DNA of 38,958 bases, from contig JAVZMD010000002.1 in assembly GCA_038883435.1 (NCBI GenBank), positions 1 through 38,958 on the forward strand, written 5' to 3'. The position numbers and the translations under genes are program-made. The stretch comes from Thermoproteota archaeon. Lineage in GTDB: Archaea > Thermoproteota > EX4484-205 > JAAOZP01. The stretch's first letter is position 1. The number at the start of each line of letters is the position of its first letter. Shown in pieces: positions 1 through 8,626 of this stretch. The notes under the pieces were generated by a model. It saw nothing but the letters and a program-made list of their open reading frames with translations. It did no database searches and was not told where the DNA came from.

Positions 1-93
1 CTAGACTATGAAGAATCTTCAAATGACGTTACCCATTTATTATATTCATCAAACCAAAACGATGTCCTAAATAGTACTGTTCAATTAAAGTTT

Positions 94-119
94 AATAAGT
101 ACGATTAATCGTACTTATT
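94..119. promoter_or_regulatory. Perfect 26-bp palindrome AATAAGTACGATTAATCGTACTTATT. Candidate operator overlapping an A/T-rich TATA-like stretch just upstream of the DtxR-family gene.
   Basis: The sequence equals its own reverse complement and ends 7 nt before the ATG at 127. Confidence 0.5.
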
Positions 120-126
120 TTTTAGA

Positions 127-798
127 ATGATTGAAAGAGTAACTGAGGTAGTTGAGGAATATTTAGAATGTATATACAAATTGCAGGAGAGAGAGGGGGT
201 TGCTAGAACGAGTAATATAATTAGGTCTCTCAAAGTTGCTCCTGGAACAGTTACAAACACTATAGAAAGGCTTGAGAAGGAGGGGTTTGTAAAACACGTT
301 TCATACAGAGGAGTTAGCCTAACTGAGAGAGGAGTTAGGATAGCCCTACAAGTCATTAGGAAACATAGACTATGTGAGAGGTTGTTAACTGATATTCTGA
401 AAATGAATTGGAGTATTGTACATAAAGATGCTTGCATGCTTGAACACAGTTTATCTGAAGAGGCCGCGTCACATTTAGAAGAGGTTTTGAACTATCCGAA
501 AACTTGTCCTCATGGGAATCCGATACCTACTAGACAAGGCAAGATCTTAGAGGAGAAGACTATTCCCCTGCTTGAGCTTGCCGTAGGTAAACGGGGAGTC
601 GTAGCAAAGCTTATTGAGGAGGATGTTGAAACTTTAGCGTATTTCTGGACTCTTGGTATAGTACCTGGCACACTCATAGAGATTCTTGAAAAACCAAGGC
701 CAGACGATTTGGTGAAAATCAGAATCGGTAGAGAGAGACATGCAGTAAGCAATCGCTTAGCTTCAATAATACGCATTAGGGAAGTAAGGAAAAAATGA
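127..798 (+). CDS. DtxR/IdeR/MntR-family metal-dependent transcriptional repressor with a C-terminal FeoA/SH3-like domain
   Basis: N-terminal wHTH (EEYLECIYKL...ARTSNIIRSLKVAPGTVTNTIERLEKEGFV). Dimerisation/metal-site region (RKHRLCERLL...H..ACMLEH). C-terminal FeoA-like segment (GKRGVVAKL...LGIVPGT). Stop overlaps the feoA start (ATGA). Confidence 0.85.
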   Translation: MIERVTEVVEEYLECIYKLQEREGVARTSNIIRSLKVAPGTVTNTIERLEKEGFVKHVSYRGVSLTERGVRIALQVIRKHRLCERLLTDILKMNWSIVHKDACMLEHSLSEEAASHLEEVLNYPKTCPHGNPIPTRQGKILEEKTIPLLELAVGKRGVVAKLIEEDVETLAYFWTLGIVPGTLIEILEKPRPDDLVKIRIGRERHAVSNRLASIIRIREVRKK

Positions 799-1070
799 GT
801 ATTAAAGAATTTGATAGAGCCGGAGTCCCCCTGACCACTTTAAGGGAGGGGGAAAGCGGCGTAGTTGTTTCAGTTAAATCAGGTTATGGGAGGGCTTGGG
901 GTCTCAAGAAGAGGCTCATGGACATGGGTATTACACCCGGCACTAAAATAACGGTTGTAAAGTCCGCCCCCTTCCAGGGACCGTTGGAGGTCATAGTCCG
1001 TGGATACAGGCTGGCTATAGGAAGGGGGATGGCTGAGAAGATTTTCGTAAAAGTAGAACATGTTGAGTGA
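795..1070 (+). CDS. feoA: FeoA ferrous iron transport protein A
   Basis: 91 aa with an SH3-like FeoA pattern (GESGVVVSV...LMDMGITPGTKITVV...GPLEVIVRGYRLAIGRGMAEKIFV). Overlaps both the dtxR-like gene and feoB. Confidence 0.85.
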   Translation: MSIKEFDRAGVPLTTLREGESGVVVSVKSGYGRAWGLKKRLMDMGITPGTKITVVKSAPFQGPLEVIVRGYRLAIGRGMAEKIFVKVEHVE

Positions 1071-3003
1071 GAAAAAGCTTGTAATAGCTTTAGCCGGTAA
1101 TGCGAATGTGGGCAAGTCTGTAATATTCAACTATTTGACGGGCTTGCATCAGCATATTGGGAACTGGCCCGGTAAGACTGTGGAGAAGGCTGAAGGCACC
1201 CTCCACTTCAAGGGCTATACGATAGACATAATCGACCTCCCGGGAATATACTCCTTATCCACATACTCCATAGAGGAGTCGATTTCCAGAAGGTATATTG
1301 CTGTCGAAAAGCCGGATGCGGTAATAAATGTTGTAGATGCTTCGATTCTCGAGAGAAACCTGTTTTTCACACTCCAGTTGATGGAGCTAGAAACCCCCAT
1401 GGTCATAGCATTAAACCAGGTCGATGTAGCTAAGAAAAAGGGTATTGAGATAAATGTTGAGAAGTTGAGTGAGATACTGGGAGTACCAGTTATACCCACC
1501 GTAGCCATTAAAGGAATCGGGATATTTAAACTCCTGGATAAAGCTGTTGAAGCAGCTGGGAAAAAGACCAGGCCTATGAGAATAGAATATGGAGAAGATT
1601 TTGAAGATGCGATAAGGAGGATTGAAGAATCATTCATCGACTACGACTTGTCTTATCCTCGAAGATATGTGGCAATTAAGCTTCTAGAGGGAGATAGGGA
1701 GATTGAAGAGGAAGTCGCCCAGAAAAACCCTGGCATAATTTCCATAGCTAAAGAGATAAGTAAGAAGCTTGAGGAGAAGTATGGGCACTCTTGCCCAACC
1801 CTCATAACTTCAGAGCGCTATCGCATAGTTGGCTGTATAGCAAGAGAGGTTCAGAAAATAGTATCTCCTCCTAGACCAACCTTAGCAGAGAAACTCCATG
1901 AGGTCACTACGCATAAGGTTCTCGGATATTTGGTGATGGGCATCATCCTCTTGTCGATGTTCTTTTTCGTATTTGTCCTCGGAAACTTCCTCTCAGAGAT
2001 TTTAAGTAGCCTCCTATATGGTCTCAAACCGTTTCTAACATTTATTTTAGAAACTGGTTTCTTAGGGGAGCTGTTTTGGGGAGGAATCGTCGAAGGCCTG
2101 ATAGCAGGCGCTACAATAGCATTACCCTACGTCATTCCATTCTACATCGCTCTTTACATCCTAGAGGATTCCGGTTACATGAGCCGTGTAGCATTCCTCA
2201 TGGACAATGCCATGCATAAAATGGGGCTACATGGTAAAGCATTCATACCGTTAATATTAGGCTACGGCTGTAACGTCCCAGCGTGCTTAGGATGTAGGAT
2301 AATGGAGACTCAACGTGAAAGGCTCATCGCAGCCTTTGCTACCACGTTAGTACCGTGCGCTGCCCGCACTGTAATAATCCTTGGCCTAGTGGGAAGGTTT
2401 ATTGGTATTCAATGGGCTCTTGCTCTTTATGTCTTTAACCTGATAATAATCTTCTTGCTTGGAAGGCTTGCCTTTAAGGCGCTCCCAGGAGAACCCACTG
2501 GGCTTATTATGGAGATGCCTGACTACAGGCTTCCACATCTTAGAACAGTTTTAAAGCAGACTTGGTTTAGGCTTGCTGAATTCCTGAAGATCGCGTTACC
2601 ACTTATAATTGTTGCAACTTTTACAGTTAAGCTTTTTGAAGAAGCCGGGCTTCTCGAAGCCGTTAACATTGTCCTAAGCCCGGTAACAGTCAGATGGCTT
2701 GGCTTACCTGAAGCCGTGGGAGTATCCTTGATATTCGGCGTCTTAAGAAAGGAACTTGCCTTGATAATGCTTGCAAACCTGCTTGGAACCACAGATTTTT
2801 CATACGTGTTAACACCTATTCAAATGGTAGTTTTCACAATCGTATCAATGTTTTACATACCCTGTATAGCCACTATAGCAACATGCGTCAAAGAATTCGG
2901 TTGGAAAAAGTCTTTCTTCCTAACAGTCGTTGAAATACTCTTTGCGTTAGCATTGGGAGGGGTTGTATTCAGGGTTTTAAGCATACTCGTAAACCTGTTC
3001 TAA
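1060..3003 (+). CDS. feoB: FeoB ferrous iron transporter: N-terminal G-domain plus polytopic membrane domain
   Basis: G1 motif GNANVGKS, DLPG, NQVD, followed by a long hydrophobic C-terminal permease region. 647 aa. Confidence 0.92.
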   Translation: MLSEKKLVIALAGNANVGKSVIFNYLTGLHQHIGNWPGKTVEKAEGTLHFKGYTIDIIDLPGIYSLSTYSIEESISRRYIAVEKPDAVINVVDASILERNLFFTLQLMELETPMVIALNQVDVAKKKGIEINVEKLSEILGVPVIPTVAIKGIGIFKLLDKAVEAAGKKTRPMRIEYGEDFEDAIRRIEESFIDYDLSYPRRYVAIKLLEGDREIEEEVAQKNPGIISIAKEISKKLEEKYGHSCPTLITSERYRIVGCIAREVQKIVSPPRPTLAEKLHEVTTHKVLGYLVMGIILLSMFFFVFVLGNFLSEILSSLLYGLKPFLTFILETGFLGELFWGGIVEGLIAGATIALPYVIPFYIALYILEDSGYMSRVAFLMDNAMHKMGLHGKAFIPLILGYGCNVPACLGCRIMETQRERLIAAFATTLVPCAARTVIILGLVGRFIGIQWALALYVFNLIIIFLLGRLAFKALPGEPTGLIMEMPDYRLPHLRTVLKQTWFRLAEFLKIALPLIIVATFTVKLFEEAGLLEAVNIVLSPVTVRWLGLPEAVGVSLIFGVLRKELALIMLANLLGTTDFSYVLTPIQMVVFTIVSMFYIPCIATIATCVKEFGWKKSFFLTVVEILFALALGGVVFRVLSILVNLF

Positions 3004-3061
3004 AACCTGCTTCTCCACTGAGGAATGGTTAAAAGTCCTGAACTAGATTAGAAGTTCACCT

Positions 3062-4360
3062 ATGACGACTCAAATGAGGGCCGCTAAAGAGGGCCGTATA
3101 ACTGAAGAAATGAAAACAATCGCTTTAGAAGAGGAAGAGTCCCCCGAGAGTATTCGCCAACGGATAGCAAGGGGCACAGTTATAATAACTCATAACAACA
3201 GGCGTGAAGCGCATCCAATAGGTATTGGGGAGGGGTTGAGGACTAAGGTTAACGCTAATGTTGGGACGAGTGCAGATCTTTGCGATATCAACCTTGAAAT
3301 AGAGAAGGCGAGGATTGCAGTCAAATACGGTGCCGATACTGTAATGGACTTAAGCACAGCCGGTAATATAGATGATATTAGGCAGAAAATACTGAAGGAG
3401 ATTAATGTTCCCATTGGAACAGTACCTATCTATCAGGCTACGATTGAGGCAATTAGTAAAAAGGGCTCTATCGTAAGCATGACTGAGGACAATATCTTCA
3501 ACGTGATAGAAAAACATGCTAAAGACGGTGTCGACTTCATGACTATACATTGTGGGGTTACTCGTGAAACAGTTAAGAAGATCGCTAAACACCCTAGGTT
3601 AATGGGTATTGTAAGCCGCGGAGGCACCTTCCTAGCGGCATGGATTCTTCACAACGATAAGGAGAATCCTCTTTACTCAAACTTCGACTACCTTCTCGAA
3701 ATGGCTGCTGAATACGACTTTGCATTAAGCCTCGGCGACGGCCTTAGGCCAGGATGCATATTCGACGCGTCAGACTGGTTTCAAATACAGGAGCTGTTGA
3801 CAATAGGAGAGCTCGTGGAGAAAGCTAGGAATACTGGTGTTCAAGCAATGGTTGAAGGACCTGGCCATATGCCTCTAGACCAGATAAGCGCTAATGTGAA
3901 GCTTGAAAAAACTATTTGTAAGGGGGCGCCATTCTATGTTTTAGGTCCAGTCGTAACCGAGATAGCACCCGGGTATGACCATATTGTCGGAGCCATAGGC
4001 GGGGCTATAGCCGGATTAGCCGGCGCAGACTTTCTATGCTATCTTACCCCGTCTGAACACCTTGGTCTTCCCAGTATAGAGGATGTTAAAGAAGGCGTTA
4101 TAGTGACTAAAATAGCTGCCCACGCAGTGGACATTGTTAAACTCGGGGATAAGGCTAGAGTCAGGGATTTTGAAATGGCTAAAGCAAGGTCTCAACTAGA
4201 CTGGGAGAAACAGTTTAAGAACGCGATAGACCCTGAGAAAGCCATGGCAATACATAATAGGGTCAAACCCAGGTCTTCAGGAGCATGCTCAATGTGCTCA
4301 GATTTCTGTGCGATAAAGATTCTGAAAGAAGCCCTTAAGACTTCTGGCGAGTGTTTTTAA
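3062..4360 (+). CDS. thiC: Phosphomethylpyrimidine synthase ThiC (short radical-SAM-type form)
   Basis: Strong ThiC-like blocks (GLRTKVNANVGTS, GADTVMDLSTAG, VPIYQA, MTIHCG, VEGPGH) and the C-terminal CSMCSDFC (CX2CX4C) cluster motif. Confidence 0.92.
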   Translation: MTTQMRAAKEGRITEEMKTIALEEEESPESIRQRIARGTVIITHNNRREAHPIGIGEGLRTKVNANVGTSADLCDINLEIEKARIAVKYGADTVMDLSTAGNIDDIRQKILKEINVPIGTVPIYQATIEAISKKGSIVSMTEDNIFNVIEKHAKDGVDFMTIHCGVTRETVKKIAKHPRLMGIVSRGGTFLAAWILHNDKENPLYSNFDYLLEMAAEYDFALSLGDGLRPGCIFDASDWFQIQELLTIGELVEKARNTGVQAMVEGPGHMPLDQISANVKLEKTICKGAPFYVLGPVVTEIAPGYDHIVGAIGGAIAGLAGADFLCYLTPSEHLGLPSIEDVKEGVIVTKIAAHAVDIVKLGDKARVRDFEMAKARSQLDWEKQFKNAIDPEKAMAIHNRVKPRSSGACSMCSDFCAIKILKEALKTSGECF

Positions 4361-4411
4361 AAAGAGCCTAAAGAAAAAGCTTTATCTTTTAAAGACCCTA
4401 GTTTCCTAAAC

Positions 4412-4849
4412 GTGAAGCCCTGTCCAGGCAAGTACGACTATCCCGACCATACTTCCGACATTTACGTACAAGCGTATGGGAGGGATTTAGAGGAGGCTTT
4501 TGAAAATGCAGCACTGGGATTAACAGGCGTGATAACAGACGTCTCTTTGATAAGGCCTGAGCAAGTAGTTGAGGAAACGGTTGAAGCTGAGGATGTTCAA
4601 ATGCTCTTATACAAGTGGCTCGAAGCAATACTGGTTAGGCTTGATGCTGAGCAAATGGTGTTCTCAGAATTCGACGTTAAAATAGAGAAGGGTGAGGACA
4701 GGTATATTCTTAAAGCATTGATGAAAGGTGAGAGGTTCAAGCCAGGCCACCATACTAGTGGCACCCACGTTAAGGCAGTAACCCTCCACGATATGGAAAT
4801 AGAAGAGTCTCCGGGGAAGGCGAGGGTTAAGGTCCTTCTAGACATATAG
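4412..4849 (+). CDS. Archease (RtcB tRNA-ligase activator family)
   Basis: YDYPDHTSDIYVQAYGRDLEEAFENAALGL and C-terminal GTHVKAVTLHDMEI match the archease pattern. Apparent GTG start. Confidence 0.8.
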   Translation: MKPCPGKYDYPDHTSDIYVQAYGRDLEEAFENAALGLTGVITDVSLIRPEQVVEETVEAEDVQMLLYKWLEAILVRLDAEQMVFSEFDVKIEKGEDRYILKALMKGERFKPGHHTSGTHVKAVTLHDMEIEESPGKARVKVLLDI

Positions 4850-5017
4850 CCTTACGGTTAAGGATTAATTAGGTTTAAAAAAGCAAGTAGCAATCAAACC
4901 TCTCCCTCAGATAACTTGCCTTCTTCATATTGAATCTGGAAATTGCAGACTTAAGAAAAGCTTCAAGACATGTCTTTATATCACTAATATCACTAGTTTA
5001 GTCTTAAACCAATTAGG

Positions 5018-6064
5018 CTACAGCGATCCGCTTAACACTCCATATAGTAGTCCGAAGGTTACGCTTCCAGCCCAAGCTATAAGTATGTATGTGAGAACAA
5101 CTTTCCATCGAACTATCCTTGAAACTGCTAGGGCATTCGCAATATCGTAAGGCTGTCCCATAAGCCAGCTTAGCAAAGCACCTTTTGAAAGTATGACACC
5201 CTCCTTAACCCATATACCTCTTCCCAGGACTATTTCAACCAGCGTCGGTGTATATAATGGCCCACCTAAAACTGAAGCCAGCAACACTCCACCCACTCCC
5301 GTCAAGTACTCCTTTATAATTTCTTCCGGAAGGAAAGCTTCTAAGTAGCCTACGGCTATTAAGCCCATTATGAAGAAGGGCAGGATCTGCTTCGCCAGAT
5401 ACCCCCCAAACTTTAAGGCAGACCAAAGCCTCTCATCCAAGGGAGGCTTAGCGATTTCTACTTTAGCAGCCGAAGCCAAGCTATCAACTTGATGCTCCTT
5501 TTCAACTGCTTTTCCCCATGGGGTTTTGGATATAACTATACCTGCGACTAGAGCTACAGTAACTGACGCTATTATTCTAACGCCTGCTAGCTCCCATGAT
5601 ATGAGTTCGCCCGTAAGCAGAATTGAAAGTATGTTTGCTGCTGGAGCCATTAAGAGGAATGATATTGCTGGGCCTATTCCTGCGCCAGCGTATAGGACTC
5701 CGCCGAAAAGCGGCACCATTGTGCACGAGCAAACCGTTAGGAACGGTGCCATTCCAAGGGCAAGCCCATACCCTAAAACCTTACTGCTTCCCATGTATTT
5801 TGTGATAGCTTCTTTTGGCACGAACTCGTAGATAATGCCGGCGATTGTGAATGCGAAGAGAAGGCATATCCACCCGTGGCTAAAATAGTCGTAGAGATAT
5901 ACTATTGGAATAGCCCACAACGGATAGCCCCTCAACTCGATAGGCGTAGAAGTTGGGGCAAGGGAATATGCCTGTATGCGGCTGTTGATTAGAAGCCCAA
6001 TAACAATTATCACAAACGCTAGGATTACGCTTGCTCTAACAGTCCTCTTAGCCTTCTCCTCCAT
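5018..6064 (-). CDS. Polytopic permease, COG0701/ArsP-like family
   Basis: 348 aa and highly hydrophobic, with the CSCTMVPLF motif typical of this family. Sits directly downstream of a thioredoxin-fold partner gene. Confidence 0.7.
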   Translation of the reverse strand: MEEKAKRTVRASVILAFVIIVIGLLINSRIQAYSLAPTSTPIELRGYPLWAIPIVYLYDYFSHGWICLLFAFTIAGIIYEFVPKEAITKYMGSSKVLGYGLALGMAPFLTVCSCTMVPLFGGVLYAGAGIGPAISFLLMAPAANILSILLTGELISWELAGVRIIASVTVALVAGIVISKTPWGKAVEKEHQVDSLASAAKVEIAKPPLDERLWSALKFGGYLAKQILPFFIMGLIAVGYLEAFLPEEIIKEYLTGVGGVLLASVLGGPLYTPTLVEIVLGRGIWVKEGVILSKGALLSWLMGQPYDIANALAVSRIVRWKVVLTYILIAWAGSVTFGLLYGVLSGSL

Positions 6065-6078
6065 GTGTCTTTCGCCTT

Positions 6079-6378
6079 CTATTTAGCTGCCTCCTCTAAC
6101 AGTTTTTCCACCTCGCCGGGATTCGGAACCCTTCCCATGATTTTAACCGTGCCGTTTATTGCTATGGCTGGGGAAAACAAAACACCGTATTTCTGCACAA
6201 TTTCCTTAGACATTATGTTAGCCTTTTCAACGTTCACCATTACGCCTGACTGCTTAAGCTTCTCAGCAGCTTTTTCCACAGCCTTTCTAACTGCTTGACA
6301 ACGCGCACAAGGCGGCTCAGGACCTATCACTTCAACCCTAATCTCCTTTGTAGGAACATTTCCCCTATTTTCATCCAT
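6079..6378 (-). CDS. Thioredoxin-fold redox-active disulfide protein (CxxC)
   Basis: 99 aa with a CARC motif followed by ...YGVLFSPAIAINGTVKIMGRVP. This pattern is typical of the small 'redox-active disulfide protein 2' family often paired with COG0701 permeases. Confidence 0.7.
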   Translation of the reverse strand: MDENRGNVPTKEIRVEVIGPEPPCARCQAVRKAVEKAAEKLKQSGVMVNVEKANIMSKEIVQKYGVLFSPAIAINGTVKIMGRVPNPGEVEKLLEEAAK

Positions 6379-6598
6379 AATTTTTCACCCCTAGAAACGG
6401 CGGTGTCCTAAAAAACTCATATAAAGCTTTCCCGTTTTCCATTTACATAAGCAGTCCTCATCTATTTTCTATTCAAACCATTTTTTCAGGAAAGAAAAGT
6501 TTAATGCATTAAACTTTGCATAGTCATTAGCTGATTACAATCCACCTTATCAAGATCAATAGTGCATTTTACGCTACACGTGATTCTTGATATCTCAC

Positions 6599-6829
6599 CT
6601 ACGTACCTGAGATCTGGGACATGTATCTTTTAGCAGCCATTCTAACGTCTTCCGCGCGGATGGTTTTTCTCTTTGCAAAGACAGCCAGTTGAGCAGCATC
6701 TCTCGCTATTTTTAAGCCGATTTCTTCTAGTATTCTAGATAGTTCTTCTGCAGCCTCCTCACTCACTCTCTCTCCTCCTGACTTACGGAGAATCCTGTAC
6801 ATAGCCGCTAGGGACAGTTCCTCTGACAT
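6599..6829 (-). CDS. Archaeal histone (histone-fold DNA-binding protein)
   Basis: 76 aa. AAMYRILRKSGGERVSEEAAEEL...IARDAAQLAVFAKRKTIRAEDVRMA matches the HMf-type histone fold including the RKT(I) loop. Confidence 0.8.
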   Translation of the reverse strand: MSEELSLAAMYRILRKSGGERVSEEAAEELSRILEEIGLKIARDAAQLAVFAKRKTIRAEDVRMAAKRYMSQISGT

Positions 6830-7433
6830 GATTTTTACCCTCTTTTGGCTCAGATTAGCATGTTAATAAGTCTTTTCTTTGAAAAAAGACTAGAATTCTG
6901 GACCAAAAACGTTAAAAACGTTATAAACAGCCCCCTTTTATAACTGATAGAGGGTGGAATAAGCAATAAACCTTTCGGGCCAAAGACATAAGAGCCCGTT
7001 TTAAAATAGCGTTTGCTCGATTTTTTCAAAAATGTCTTGAGACCATTGGACGCCAAATCTTTTCTCCATGAATAACGTTATCATTTACTAGCAAATGACA
7101 GTATAACACTAGTTACAATCGAATTTTTCACTTGAAACGCCATTGAAAATTATATTTCAAATGAGGATTTGGAAGAGGAGAAAATATCCCACGAGAAGAT
7201 GCTTCAAGACTGTTTGACGAGTATGAGCCTCAACCCTTGGGAAAAATTAATGATTATAAAAAGTTTTTTGAGAGAAAACGAGACCCGAGGGGTGAGAAGG
7301 CTCAGTTAGAAATAAACTTGTCCAATGTAATCAGTTTTAAAACCCATTGAGACAACTTCAAGACAACTTGTAATCATTTTAAACTTCACCTGACCGAACA
7401 TCATGCCCTGCCATAGGTAGTTGAGAACCGCTC

Positions 7434-8218
7434 TTGGCTGCTTAGCTCTTCCTCCTTCTCCTACGCTTCTTTCTCAGTCCCCATTTTTCTTTGAATTCTT
7501 CTTCGAATTTTTTTCTTTCTCCCCAGTTATGGTTTAAGTTGTACGCGTCGTAGACCATTTTCACCCTTTTAACTATTTCTTCGAATATCTGGTCTTCGCT
7601 CATGCCTTTTGGGTCGAATACCGATGTGTAGCAGGTCCTGCCGACGGGGCCTACTATGAATTCTATGTCCATGCCGTACTTCTCCCTTATTCTTCTCGCA
7701 ACTTCCTCACCCCAGTAGAGGTCTATGAAGGTCCCATACCTCCTCCTCAAACGCTCATCTTTAAGGTATTTCTCCCACCTCTTGTTTATTAAATCGTCTA
7801 AAACCTCCTCTATCTCCCTTTCCCTCTCCTTCCTAATCCTCTCCTTCTCCTCTTCGCTCTTCGCCTTCTCCAATCTACGCCTGTAAAGGTCTGCAGTTAT
7901 TATCTCCAACGCCTCCCCATAGTGCTCTCCTAAAGCATGCGAACTCACCTCGATCCTACCATCGGAGAGCCCATGTACTCCAATGCCTTCATCCAAATCC
8001 GTATTCACATGCCATTCCACACCCCTCAGATAGGGTACGGGCCTATCCACTATCTCATAGGCTAAATCGGGCCTAGTTATCTTATCCTTAAACATCTCGT
8101 TCAAGAAAGCCCCAATCCTCTCCAAAAGCTCCCTACTAACCATCTCCCACAAGCCCACCTCTTCCGAATACTTCAATATAAGGATTTTCATAAGGCCCTA
8201 TGTTGCCAGGGTAAGACG
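7434..8218. repeat. Left arm of a ~785-bp inverted repeat (pairs with 11926..12710)
   Basis: The reverse complement aligns with 11926..12710. The first ~75 nt of the ORFs are identical. Homology runs from ~25 nt upstream of the ATG to 8 nt past the stop (TAAGCAGCCAA) and then breaks. Confidence 0.9.
7442..8191 (-). CDS. Uncharacterised 249-aa highly charged protein with a C-terminal RKKRRRRRKS tail (copy A)
   Basis: Intact ORF differing at 23 of 249 residues from 11953..12702 (my count). Central Glu/Lys/Arg-rich helical stretch. I recognise no family. Confidence 0.75.
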   Translation of the reverse strand: MKILILKYSEEVGLWEMVSRELLERIGAFLNEMFKDKITRPDLAYEIVDRPVPYLRGVEWHVNTDLDEGIGVHGLSDGRIEVSSHALGEHYGEALEIITADLYRRRLEKAKSEEEKERIRKEREREIEEVLDDLINKRWEKYLKDERLRRRYGTFIDLYWGEEVARRIREKYGMDIEFIVGPVGRTCYTSVFDPKGMSEDQIFEEIVKRVKMVYDAYNLNHNWGERKKFEEEFKEKWGLRKKRRRRRKS

Positions 8219-8372
8219 GCTTTTACCATCTATTGCTATGGACGTATTCCTCTCAGCCATTCCGAGCTTTAGCTCCTTTCATTTTTCCTCATTTTACAAT
8301 CTTTTATAATCTAATATAATCTAAGTTGCTCAGGCCTCTTATAGGCCCTTCCCAATTTAACTGGTGGTGGCA

Positions 8373-8519
8373 ATGACTTCCTCCTTAGAGAGCGAGATTA
8401 GGTGTGAAGTAGGTAAATGCGGTCACTGTCATTTCGGGAGTAAACACGTTTGTATGGATGGCCTAGTCTTTAGGTACGGTGAGATGACCACTCTACCAAA
8501 AGGCATATCTCCTTTTTAA
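8373..8519 (+). pseudogene. C-terminal remnant (~48 aa) of a hydrogenase-gamma/AsrB/PyrK-type FAD/NAD oxidoreductase carrying the 2Fe-2S Cys motif
   Basis: SLESEIRCEVGKCGHCHFGSKHVCMDGLVFRYGE matches the family end motif C-x-x-G-K-C-G-H-C...vC.DGpVF. Nothing resembling the ~200-aa N-terminal FAD/NAD domains lies upstream. Confidence 0.6.
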
Positions 8520-8626
8520 GGGAAAATTTCCAGATAGTTGACCCTGCAACTCCCCACTTGAGAATAGCATTGGGGTAATGGTAGCGATTTAAAACTTAAA
8601 AAACCTTAATTTAGGTACAAGTGTCT

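Noticed and set aside
3004-3061. Possible TPP riboswitch upstream of thiC
   Set aside because: Only 58 nt of spacer is available. I see neither the conserved CUGAGA...ACCUGA core arrangement nor room for the P1-P5 architecture.
6850-7440. 68-aa ORF (6850..7056) and a short ORF fragment (around 7150..7310) in the A/T-rich spacer between the histone gene and repeat copy A
   Set aside because: Composition is poor (Lys/Phe/Leu-rich from A/T bias), there are no motifs and no convincing starts. I treat them as non-coding spacer, possibly degraded sequence adjoining the repeat arm.
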